From Chiloscyllium plagiosum (Eukaryota), in the NCBI RefSeq assembly GCF_004010195.1, contig NC_057750.1, positions 16,012,550 through 16,076,549 of the forward strand: a DNA stretch of 64,000 bases, read 5' to 3'. Positions 51,346 to 63,300 of the stretch are shown one piece after another. Within the stretch, counting starts at the first letter, position 1. Each line of letters begins with the position of its first letter. The notes beneath the pieces were generated by a model. That model worked only from the letters and a program-made list of their open reading frames with translations, had not been told where the DNA came from and searched no databases. The translations under genes and the position numbers were made by a program.

Positions 51346-52498
51346 AGATGCACAAGCGTATTTAAACTTGGTCATTGAGTTTGCAAAGCAGGCAATAATT
51401 GTTCATTCAGCTATATAAATGGAACATGTTTAAAAAGCTAGAGAATTCAAAGTATTGGAGAAGATTGCATACAAGAAGAATCTCAACTTTGACAGAATAC
51501 ATATACAGCAGGGGAAGGTCTTGCAAGTGGCTGCAGTTGGAAGATGAAGTTACAAAACAGCTCTGTGAAAATCATCGGTACGGACTCTCAGTTTCTCACA
51601 TAAAAGTTGACACATTGTTTTTGACTAAAAATTTAGGTCTGTTCATACCTAAAACTAATGTTTACAGTATAACATTTTGTATAGAACTTTACAATGTGAC
51701 TTTACCACATTTTGGTCCACTGCTAGCCTGTTGTTTCCATCCGTGATCTTAAGATTCAGGGGGATTTATATAGTACAGCAAGATATGTAAACTTAATCAT
51801 GGATGAGATCCACCATTACTCGAGTATTTATAGTATATAAAAGCTACCATAGTCCCAGATGATCACAGGCTGCTGTGTCATTCGAGAGAGAGAACTGATG
51901 GTGCTGTTATCCTGAAGATTGTCAAGTCTCAGCAGAGGGGAATAGTAGGCAGTCAGAATAGCCAGTTCCTTGATAGTGAACATTAACAACAAAGTTGATA
52001 TTTGCTGAGGATAAAAGCAAATGAATCAAAGGACTTGCTTCACCCAAGCCAGCCTTCAGGTGGATGTTTCTAATATCACAGGTGGAAAGGTTCATTGGAA
52101 GTATTTGATGCTGTTAGAATTTTTATTTCTTTATACCTGCCATTTCAGTCCTTTCACCTCTATGTGGAGCTGCTCAGTCATGAGAGCTATGCAATTATCT
52201 TCATATAAAATTAAAATAGTTAGAATACAGTCAGGACTTGAAGTTAAGGCAGAGTTGCTACAGTAAACAAAAACAAATGGACAACCACTGCAGATCTAGC
52301 AACATCTGCAGAGAGAAAGCAGAGTTAACATTTTAAGTTCAGTGACTGGCCCTTTTTCAGAATTCGGAGTTGCTATAATGTTTGGTTTAATACTAAAGAA
52401 TGCAGCTGTCCTCAAAGGATAATGTTGTAAAACAATGGCAGTTGCAAGCTAAGCATCAGTTTTAGAATGAAATTTATTTATGCTCTTTTTCCACATAG

Positions 52499-52833
52499 GC
52501 CACGGTTCCCACCACCGCCCCCTGGATTCCCAGGGCCTCCAGGACCTCCTGGGCCATCAGGACCTCCCATGGGTCCAGGACCTGCTCCAGGTATGGGACC
52601 AGGTCCCATGTCTAGCCCAGTTTCTGGACCTATGCCAGGCCCTGGCCCAGAGGAGATGTCTTTAGGCTCTGGAATGAATCCAGGACCACCAGTAGGACCA
52701 GGCCCTCCAGTAGCATCGTTCATGCAAGGAGATCCAGGAATGATACCTCCTGCCCCTTCTGATCCCAATTTCTATGATAACTACTATCAACAACAGGGAA
52801 TGCAGATGGACCTTGGTCAAGATGGAGTAGAAG
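52499..52833 (+). CDS. ZC3H4: ZC3H4 coding exon, Pro/Gly-rich
   Basis: ccacatag| acceptor, GAAG|gtagga donor; phase 2/1; ORF 52467..52880; an alternative in-frame donor follows 52845. Confidence 0.88.
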
Positions 52834-53039
52834 GTAGGACACAGGGTATGAACCTTGTCTTTTCCAGTCCAGGCCATTGATGAATTATCTGTTTTAGTAT
52901 TGAAAAAAAAACAGAGTTGCAACAGAAGATTGCATTTACCTGAAAATTTGGAGGATTAACCCTGACGATCCCTAATTGACCCATACTTTTCCAAGTGGAT
53001 ATTCATTCTCTCCTTCAGAATTTTCACTAATAGTTTCCC

Positions 53040-53580
53040 GCCAAGGTGTGGCGCTGGAAAAATACAGCAGGTCAGGTGGCATCTGAGGAACATGCAAGAG
53101 TCAACGTTTCAGGCAAGCCCTTCATCAGGAATGTCTCCTACTCCTCAAATTATGCCTGACCTGCTGTGCTTTTCCAGTGCCACACTTTTCGACCCTGATC
53201 TCTAGATTTTGCAGTCCTTACTTTCTCCCTACATGGTCAGCAAAGCAAATGGAATCCTATGCTTCTTAGTTGGTTGCATTGAGCATAAAATCAGGGCTGT
53301 TATGCTGAACCCTCATAAAATGCTGGTTCTGCCTTAACTGCAGTAGTGTATCCATTTATGTGCACTACTCTTTAGGAAAGACATGGAACCCCTTGAGAAA
53401 ATGCAGAGGATATTTCCAGAATGGTTCCAGTAATAGGGCCTATTAGTTGCATGGCGAAAGGGAGGACTGCAGATGCTAGAGATCAGAGTCGAGTGTGGTG
53501 CTGGAAAAGCACAGCAGGTCATGCAGCATCCGAGGAGCAGGAGAGTTGATGTTTTGGGCAAAATCCCTTCATCAGGTGTA
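53040..53580. mobile_element. Two Penelope-like family B termini (hairpin ~53040-53230, single ~53452-53577) around a CR1 remnant
   Basis: homology to the 25057 and 46280 termini; cccttcatcagg core. Confidence 0.7.
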
Positions 53581-54466
53581 TACAATAATGATAGGCTTAG
53601 TTAAGTTGGATGAGGAAAATCTCTTAAATTTAGCTGATGGTCTGAGGTCTAGGGGACACAGATTTAAAATTTTAGGCAAGAGATTCAGGGGGATGGTGAG
53701 AAAGTGCATTTTATGCAGCAAATGGTCATATCTGGAATTTAATATCTACAATAATTCAAAAGGGAATTGGATGAACATTTCATGAGGGCTGAACTGGGAA
53801 ATGGGATTAATGGGATCTGGTATGGACTTGATGGGGTTAATGGCCTCCAGAATGAAAGGAAGTGATTGACAGTACTGAAATTATGTATATCATTCTTTAT
53901 GTCTGTCCAGTTGTACAGATATATAATATTTGGTGATTCCCTCTTTTTTTCAGCCAACTGATATTTCAGCTAAGGCAGCGTATTTGCACACTGGCAGAGA
54001 GCATTGGGATTTTGGATTCCATTCTCTATTCTCATTCATGTTGAGTTACCATCTAACCTCTTTTTGCCATTGTTTCAATGGCAAAAAACACTTGAAGAGG
54101 CAATGTTTCCCAGCAGATGGTCAAAGAGCGCCTTTGAAAAAGGTCTAGAGCCAAAGTGCATTTCCATCTTCTTTTGCAGAAACTAATTTGCTGGTGAATA
54201 GGAAATGGAGGAATCTGTACCTTCACAAGTATTAGATTAGAATAATTGCCACCTGTTTGCCAAATGATTTCTACATCATTATAAACAATACGGAACAATT
54301 GTCCCTTTTAACTCCTATGAGCAGGGTGTCAATTCCAAACAATTACTCTTGAACTGTATAAAACAAATACACAGAAAAATAACTTTCTTGTTGCAACAAG
54401 AAAAAGTTGATAGGTGTGTGAGAATAATCACCCAAATTCAACATAAATCTTCTTTATCTCTCTTTG

Positions 54467-55151
54467 ATGTGGAGGTGCCAGTGTTAGACTGGGGTGGACA
54501 AAGTTAAAAATCACGCAACACCAGATCATAGTCCAACAGCTTTATTTGGAAGTACTAGCTTTCAAAGTGCTGCTCCTTCATCAGGTAGCTGTGGAGAAGG
54601 ATCACAGGACACAGAATTTATAACAAAAGATCTCAGTGTCATGCAATTAAAATGATATATTGAACAACCTAGATTGCTGTTAAGTCTTTCATCTTTTAGA
54701 ATGGGTTGCAGGTTTCGGTTCATTAAACATGTAAATCCCAGAACGTCTTTCCAGTCACTTTCTTGAGATTGCTTATGGTTTTATAAAAAAAAAAGGTAAC
54801 ATCTCAGCTCAGACAATGCATTAAAGGTGTGAGGTTAGAGTCTGTTTGTATCGCAATCTTGAGTTTTTGTATAAAACCATAAGCAATCTCGAGAATGTGA
54901 CTGGAAAGACGTTCTGGGATTTACATATTAATGAACCGAAACCTGCAACCCATTCTAAAAGATTAAAGACTTAAGAGCAATCCAGATTTGTTCAATATAT
55001 AATTTCAGTTGCATGACACTGAGATCTTTTGCTATAAATTCTGTGTCTTGTGATCCTGCTCCACAGCTACCTGATGAAGGAGCAGCACTTTGAAAGCTAG
55101 TACTTACAAATAAACCTGTTGTACTATGACATGGCATTGTGTAATTTTTAA
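54467..55151. mobile_element. Penelope-like hairpin element (family A), ~285-bp inverted arms
   Basis: arms ~54500-54785 and ~54870-55155; 15-bp TSD cttta(t/c)ctctctttg (54452-54466 / 55152-55166). Confidence 0.85.
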
Positions 55152-55195
55152 CTTTACCTCTCTTTGTTCACTCTTCCTGTTCATACCTCTGCCAG

Positions 55196-55438
55196 GTGCT
55201 TATGAAGAGATGGATGAAGGAGATGGCCAGCCAGTTCTGCTTCCACATATTGAGGAAATGGAAGGTGAAGAGACTGAAGGTGATTCATCCAGTCAGAAGG
55301 GCAATGTAAATATTCCTGACTTTCTTCCTGCGGCCCAGCGAGCACTTTTCCTCCGCATCCAACAAAAGCAACAAGAGGAAGAGGAGAAGGCGAAGAGGAA
55401 AGCAGAGAACAGCCAACGGGAGAAAGAAAATGAGGAAG
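55196..55438 (+). CDS. ZC3H4: ZC3H4 coding exon (IPDFLPAAQRALFLRIQQKQQEEEE coiled-coil)
   Basis: ctgccag| acceptor, GAAG|gtgcac donor; phase 1/1; ORF 55126..55476. Confidence 0.92.
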
Positions 55439-56290
55439 GTGCACATTACTTTTATATTCTGATTAGGTATTATTAATTATCTGAGTGTAGCCATAAAGAA
55501 ACAAGTAAGCAGATGTTTTACAGTTATCCTTAAATGGTGCCTAATTCTTACCTACAATATTTGAAAATTTGTTGTGAATCTGAAGAATTTATATCTACTG
55601 TATTCAAATATGTTAGTCAAAAAGAATTAGCAGCAAGAGTGGATCATTCAATCCCCATTTAATAAAATTATTGCTGATCTGATTGTGTTCTTAATTGCAA
55701 TTTCCTATCTGCCCCCTTCAGAACACTTGACTACATTGTCAATCAAAAATTTATCTAACTCAACCTTGAACACATTCATGAGCCAGCCTTCATTACTTCC
55801 TGGGGAAGAGAATTTCACAAATTCTGTAAGAATAGAATTTATCCACATCTTCATTTTAAATTGGAGCCCTGAATCTTTGTCTCATCATTCCAGACAGCCC
55901 CACAAGGGTAACATTTTTTTTCAGAATCATTGTCCAATAACCTTCGGATTTTTTATTTCAATAACATCATCTCATATTCCTTTAACCTCCAATGGATATG
56001 GGCATAAACTACTAACCTTTCCTCAGAAGATAACCTCTTCATCCCCAGGAATTTTTGAATTAATTATTTTCTGAATTGCTTCTGATGCAGTTCTATTGTT
56101 TCTTAAATACACAACACTGTATATGTGTTTTCCTTAAGGCTGTGTACAGCCATAGCAATACTTCTTTATTTTTGTGCTCAATTCCCCTGCAGTAAATGAC
56201 AACATTCTATTTGCCCTCCACTTGCTGTGCCCATTTTTGTGGCTCATACCAGAACACCCAGACCTCTTGAAAATGTTTAGCTATGCAGCC

Positions 56291-56505
56291 TAGGAGAAAG
56301 TGAGGACTGCAGATGCTTGAGATCAGAGTTGAGAGTGGGGTGCTGGGAAAGCACAGCAGGTCAGGCAGCATCCAAGGAGTATGAGAATCGACGTTTCAAG
56401 CAAGAGCCCTTCATCATTCCTGATGCAAGGCTGTTGCCCAAAACATTGATTCTCCTGCTCCTTGGATGCGTCCTGAGCCTCTGTGCTTTTCCAGCACCCC
56501 ATTCT
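56291..56505. mobile_element. Penelope-like hairpin element (family B)
   Basis: same architecture as 25057-25275. Confidence 0.75.
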
Positions 56506-56534
56506 TAGATCTGCATCCTCTCCTTTCAAATAGT

Positions 56535-57060
56535 ATAGATCAACCTCGATTATCCGAATTGACGACGGGGAGTATTTTGTTTGGGTAACTGATTGTTTGA
56601 ATAACTGAACTGATCGTAAACAAAGGAACCTTGAAATCTTGTTCAGATAATCCGAAATTTGGATAATTTATGTTCAGATAACCGATGTTGTTCGGTATAC
56701 TGCTTTTTTTATTCTCCCTGAAGTGAACAAGTTCATATTTTTCCACATATGCCCTGCTAATTCTTTTGTTCATTCATTTAACCAATCTTTGTCCTTGCTA
56801 CTATTTCTTATGTGCTTTTGACAGCCTAATTTTCCACCTATCTTTGTTGGAAAATTTAGTTACCATAAATTGGGTCTCTTCATCCAAGAGGAAGCTTGAT
56901 TATCCAGATTTGATTATCTAAATATTGGATTATCCAGGAATATCGCAAGGTCCCGATACTTGGCTAAACTATGTTATCTGGCATTTGATTATCCGGAATT
57001 CGATTAACCAAAGGAAATATTCCCCGCCTGTGTCCTTCGGATAATCGAGGTTCCTCTGTA
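56535..57060. mobile_element. Two Tc1/mariner (Tigger-like) MITEs (~56535-56698 and ~56885-57060)
   Basis: TIR-like ends aacctcgattatccg…cggataatcgaggttcctctgta, terminal TA, internal gattatcc repeats. Confidence 0.6.
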
Positions 57061-58883
57061 GCTTGTTGAGGCCTAGGACTAATCTGTTTGCACTTCATTA
57101 GTTACAAAGTGTCTACTCGAAAATGACCCAGGTATGCCTACGCTATGTTTCCTGTTAATCAATCAATCCTCAATCCATGCAACCTCCTTGGCTGAGGCAC
57201 TTTACTAAAATACCTTTTGGAAATGCAAGTTTATCACATTCACAGGTTCCCTTAGTCCATCTTGCTTATTACTTCAAACATGTCGAGAACAGTTTCCTTT
57301 TCAGAAAGCCATGTTGATTCTGCTAGATTGTTTTATGATTTTTTAAATGTCGGACTGTGAACACCTTAATAATGGATTGTATCATTTTTCTGTGCTAATT
57401 GATAGGCTAACTGGCCTGCAGTTGGTTTTCTCCTTTCTGTCTTCCTCCTTTCTTGAAAAGATGTTAGATTTGTAATTTTTATATCTGCTGGGACTTTTGG
57501 AAGTTTGCAAGCGATGTATCCACTATTTCTGCAGCCACTTGTTACAAGACCGTCAGATGCTGGCCAACTAGTCCAGGAAGTCTGCCAATCTTCAAGTTTT
57601 TGTGCTAATTTTTCACTCATAATTTTAATGAATTTAAATTTCTCCCTCCTTTTTTCTTAGTCAAAAACATCTAACACTAAACTTTATTCATTGGGATTGA
57701 ATTTTAAATCAGCAGTCCAAGTCTTAATTTTGAGAGTATTGATGGTCCTTGCCAGGCTGTAAGGTTTGATAATGGGTTGTAATACTCATTTACAAGGAGT
57801 CTTATTTCCCCCACCCTGCATAAATTGTATCTCCTTCTGCCTGATAAAGACCAACATTGACACCACTAAGCCTATGTTTTTAAATGGAGAATGCTGTCCA
57901 TTTATCCATTAAGGGTAAATAGATTGAGGGGGACAAGCTGGCATGCAAAGTTAGTAGTCAGAGAGTGAAGGATCAGGAAATGGGATTGAAGGGCTCACAA
58001 AGCAGGTTCAACTCTCCTTTCCCCAAACTGCATTGCCATCTAACTCGTTGCTGAACAGTTCTTGCAGCCCCCACATAGACTGGGCATTAACATGGCAGGT
58101 AAAGGTTGGAGATGTACTGCATTAAATGAAGACTCTCAATGTCACTTTCAGCTCTTCAGCAAATGTTTGCAAGTCCCTGCTGCACCAGGTCAGACCTTCC
58201 AGAGTACATCAACAATCGTTCTGCTCTGTCTAAGCTTTCTGGATCTGATCATCCCCAGCAAGTTACTTGGTGAATTCCCTTTTTCTAACTTTTCAAGATT
58301 CTTGTGTGTTCTGTTCCCCGATTTGAACAGAAACTGCCTTCTTACCAGCATACAACTTGGTCTTTTTACACGGTTTTCTTCTGCTTCACTACAGCAACAA
58401 ATTCTATTCTATCATCTGTGTTTACTTAAGAGATGCTAAAAACTGCAATAGTCAATAAATATCTCAATAGTTTGTTTCACTTGCTTTCCTCATGGAAACC
58501 AGAGATCACCTGGGCACTTCTTTGAAATTAAATGTTTATGAGGAATTCACAATCCCCTCCCCCTCCTTTCATTTTCAAACCTTTCATTTTGCTTCAAATG
58601 AAGGTATGTTTTGAAGCATAATCATCCTGGAAAGGTCACCATTTAAGACAACATAAACATTTTTACTATCTGATATACCTCTTAGTCATTTTTGTGGGTT
58701 TAAACTGCCTCACATTGCATGACTTAACTTGAAGTAGCAAAGTGGAGAAACCAGGGTTGTGCAGTATATTACACCACAAAATATATTGAAAGTTTGTGCA
58801 CTTTCTTAACTTTATTATTCTATCATACTTGAACTAAAATAGCTCTTGCAGTATTTAATAGGGTGTTGTTCTGTGCTTTATAG

Positions 58884-60382
58884 GTGATGGTGATAATTGG
58901 TACTCAAGTGATGAAGAGGATGGTGGAAGCAGTATGAGCTCCATATTAAAAACACTTCGTCAGCAATCTGCTAGCAAGTCTCAAGTGCAAGCCCAGAGGA
59001 TGGTACATAACAACAATGGTAATAGCCAGAATGCTGTTGATCCACGCCTTCAGAAAGAGAGGCAATCAAATGTGAATCGACCTGTGGACCCTCGGATTTC
59101 GAGGGACCCCCGGCTTTCTCGCAGCATTGAGAACACATCAGGAACTCCTGCTTCCGATACGCTTGCTGCAGAAAGCAGGACTGTGACTGCTGTGAAGACA
59201 GATGCCAGTAATCAGCCGACCCCTGCTATTGCAAAACCTCAAACCGCAATTAATGAGGAGGAAGGAGAGAGAATTCTGAGAGACAGGGCTGTCGCCATTC
59301 CTCTTGATCCTTTGCTGGGTTCTTCACTCAGGGATCCTAGGTGTCAGCTGAAACAGTTTAGCCACATTAAAATGGACATCTCCCTAGGTAAACCTCATTT
59401 TGCTAAAAGTGTTCTATGGAGCCCAGAGGACTTGATCCCTCTGCCTATTCCTAAGCCAGATCCTGTAGCTGCTCCTGCACCCTTCCCAGTATTGGATCCT
59501 CGGATAAACCGTTCTCCACAAACTGGTCCTTCAGACCCTAGGCAGCGTATTGCTGATCCAGTAGTGGAGCCCCCCCAGCCAGCAGCAAGTCCTGCCCTTC
59601 CAGACTTGAGCTTATTGTCCAGATTACTGAAGAGTGTGGATGCTTCAGCAACCAAGGTGACGGCACAGAGTGACAAACCTTCTGACCCCAGGATGCGAAA
59701 GATACCTGCGGATCCAAGACTGCAGAGGTCCTCTACTGGACTCCAAACCTCTAACTCACAATCTGGAAAACTTGTGGAACAAACTGAGTCCCCTGTTACC
59801 CCTTTAGGGAAGGAATCGAGTGCTGGTCTTGCACCATATGATCCCAGGTTGGTTACTGCTGGTGGTCAGAGCAGAGGAGGAGCTGGAGGACAGAGCAGTA
59901 TGCTGACTGGCATTAGTTTGTATGACCCAAGAACTCAGAGCACCCAGGGTGCAAATATCAGAAACGTAGAGTCTTCCAGTGAAGGTAACCAGCTGAAAGG
60001 GTCAGACATCCCTAAAAGTACCACTAAGCCAAAAGAGCCATTGTTTGTAAGAAAATCAGCATTGGATCAACTGGAAAATGATAAGTCAAGTTCAGAAACT
60101 TCCACAGACAGATATAATAGTTACAACAGACCTAGGCCAAAACTAGCCACACCTGCTGCCCCGTCACAGGATTCAGGTCAGTCAGGAGTGCATAGCCTCC
60201 CAGTGCCATCTCTGTTTGGACTGATTCACCCCCAATTTTCTGAGGTGAAACAGGTCACTAAATCTGGCTCAGGTAGCCCCTTTGGTGGGAACAGTCCTCA
60301 CGAGGAGAGCGAGCAGGACACAACCTCCCTGAAGGATGTTTTTAAAGGATTTGATCCGACTGCGTCACCGTTTTGTCAGTAA
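58884..60382 (+). CDS. ZC3H4: ZC3H4 terminal coding exon (NWYSSDEE…ten DPR motifs…FKGFDPTASPFCQ*)
   Basis: ctttatag| acceptor, phase 1; ORF 58934..60382; the C-terminus LKDVFKGFDPTASPFCQ is characteristic of ZC3H4. Confidence 0.95.
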
Positions 60383-63300
60383 ATTGTAAAAGGACAGTGA
60401 ATTCTGCATTTATTTCTGTATATTTAACCTCATAGCAGGGGCTGGACACAGCATCGGGCAATATTTTATCATATTCTTTAACTTTGTAATTTAATACATC
60501 GATAAATGTGAATATGCTTAGAAAACAGGTGATAGAATTCATCAAGTTGAAGTTTAGTGGGTTTGGCAGAGCAATATCTGAATCCAAAATGTGATTCAGG
60601 CAGTGATTCAGACTCTTCAAAATCAAAACAAGCAAAAATGTGCTTTTTACAGCTATTAATTTTGAAGCATTCTTTCTAAAGAAAAGTCAGTCTGTCTAAT
60701 AGCAGATGCTTGTCTGTCACAAAATACAGAGATCCCACTGATTTGGACATTTTCTTTTGACTGGACACAGTCTTTTAGAAGTAGTGCAGTATAATTAAAC
60801 GTATAAGTACATAATTGACATCAAATGTATATATAATATGTTCTGAGTTGAATGGCAAACTTGGGCAGTGACCCTTTGACACATTCAGATGAGTCTTGTT
60901 CTGTGGGTTCCTGAGTTTATCTCTTCCCACTTGACCTGGGGAGGAAGAGGTTGAAGCTGGGATTTATCAAATGAGTAGGCCTCCTGCAGCCTGTGCCTCA
61001 CTAGATATTCCCAGTCTGCGAGGCAAAACTCCCAAAAATATTTCACATATAAGGCTGTGAAATATTCCAGAATTAAACAAAGAACCCTATCAGAAATATT
61101 GAATATCTTAAACATGTATTTTAAAAATACACATATATATGTATATAAACTATACTTTTGCTAAACTGAGGGACATAATATTCAAAAATAACAGAATTTT
61201 TTTTATCAAAGATAAAGAGCTTATATTTAAAAAAAAGAAGCACCTGGTTGCAGCCATGGTACCTGGTTCCCCAGAAACTGTGGCAAGAACTGATGGTTCT
61301 TTGTTAACATTCCTGGAACATGTCCAAATTGGATACGTCTTCCAGGTTACCAAGGCTTTCTCAACTTAAGGATTCCACTATCCATGAAATTTCCACAACT
61401 GACTCCAAATACTATATATTGAAATATTTCTTCTGTGGAGAAATCATACACAAGGTGCTGCTTTGTTTTACTTTTGTTTTAGTATCTTTATATGGTAAAT
61501 ATGTACAAAATGCAGAGAAAAAGTCAAGCATTCACATAGTTTTAGACCTGTTTGTATCTGTAGCTTAGACACTGAAGAATCAGAGACTGATGGATTAGTG
61601 TAGAATAATCTGTGAATAAAATGCTTTTTTTTTCTGTTTGTAAGGCTCCCACATTTCCTAAAATTGAGATCAGATAAATAGCGACAAGATAATTTTGGTT
61701 TAATAATACGTGTAAATACATAGGGTTTGCTGTTAAAATTTACTTGTAACAAAGTTTCCACTAACTCTGTGTTAATTCCTTGACCGAATTATTTTATTTT
61801 TACAATTATTATCGGTTCGTGCTTTTATCCACTGGTCCATCTGGTACGCCAAGCTAATTTCCTGTTACAGTGCTGTAAAATTGATGCTTTGCTTCCTTGT
61901 CAGATGGTTATAACTTCTCAGAGTTGCCAATCAAATCCAAACAGACTAATTACCTTAATCGGTTTCAACAAGCCACATCCAATATTGTCATGTCTGGAGT
62001 CAGGTTATAGAGTAAATTCATTCTCAGCAGATGCTGCTAATTTACTAGCAGAGGCGTGTTGACAAGCAAACAAGATAGCAAGTGCAAAATTAACCTGTCA
62101 GTGTCAGCAAGGTGTAGAACTTGTCAACAAGATTTATATTATGATCAGCTAATGTGTTGACTGTTAGCTTTGGGGTTTAACATTGCAGGGTTAATATTTA
62201 GGATTATGTGATAGAGAAATATGAATAAAAAGGTTCAAGTAAAGCTGAAGTATTCACCTTGTGGTGGAAAGAAGGACGGTGCATTCTGGTGAGTTAATCT
62301 TGGATGTACTCAATGCAACATAGATATGACCTAGGGCAAAATGGAATGGGTTTTGTTTTGTTGGGCTGCGTTAAAATCCTGTAGTGTTACATATACAATA
62401 AATAATTTAATAATGTGGATTTCGACCTGATACTAGGAGTGTGGATAACCTGATTTCCAATATGAAGACTGTCTGGAGCTTACTTTGCAATGATGCTGTC
62501 TAAAAGAGCGATAGCTGTATTAGTGTTGGGATTGCAATGACCTTGTACAGTTCTGCCAAATATATTTTTGTTACGCATATAGTATAGTGAATTATCTGTG
62601 GTGTACTCCATTGGTGTAATTAACATTTATTACACAAGGTTGTATGCTTTTTGACCTTATGATACCATTCAGTATCTAGTATGGAGCAGCTGGCTGACGT
62701 CACATAGTGCAATATTCTAAGTTGTATTTACATTGTGTTTCAATTGTACAATATTTGATACTTTGAATGTTTGACAGGTATATTCCAATATTCGGGCTCA
62801 TGGAGTTATAAAATGCAGGAGCACTGATGCCATAGAAGCTGTTGATCAGGTTCTCAGCCTTTTTAAATTCACTTCCCAAGCATTTGTTCTATATCATTAA
62901 CATTTTGGAGATGATGTCCTTTTTTAATGAGGTGTATTTATATATTTTATGTACAAATTACTAAGGATCTGTATAAATTGTTTGCTTTTCTTCATTTCAA
63001 AATATGTGTGGGGTATTTGAAATGTCCTCTTCTTGGACGACACGTAAGTGTAATCAACAAGCCATTTATTATAAGTTAACAATCTTTAGCCGTGATTTAG
63101 TAATTCCCACACTTTTTATCAACTTTCATTTGAAGCACATTTTATCTTTGGTGCATGAGTATTATCACTGAAATAATTATGAAAGTTAACTTAAATTTAT
63201 TGTTTTTTAAAGTCTCATCAAAATAAGTCTTCCTCTTTTAAGAATTATTCTGTCTATAACTGATATTCAGAATAGAAAATGTCCAGAAAGATGAAGTTAA

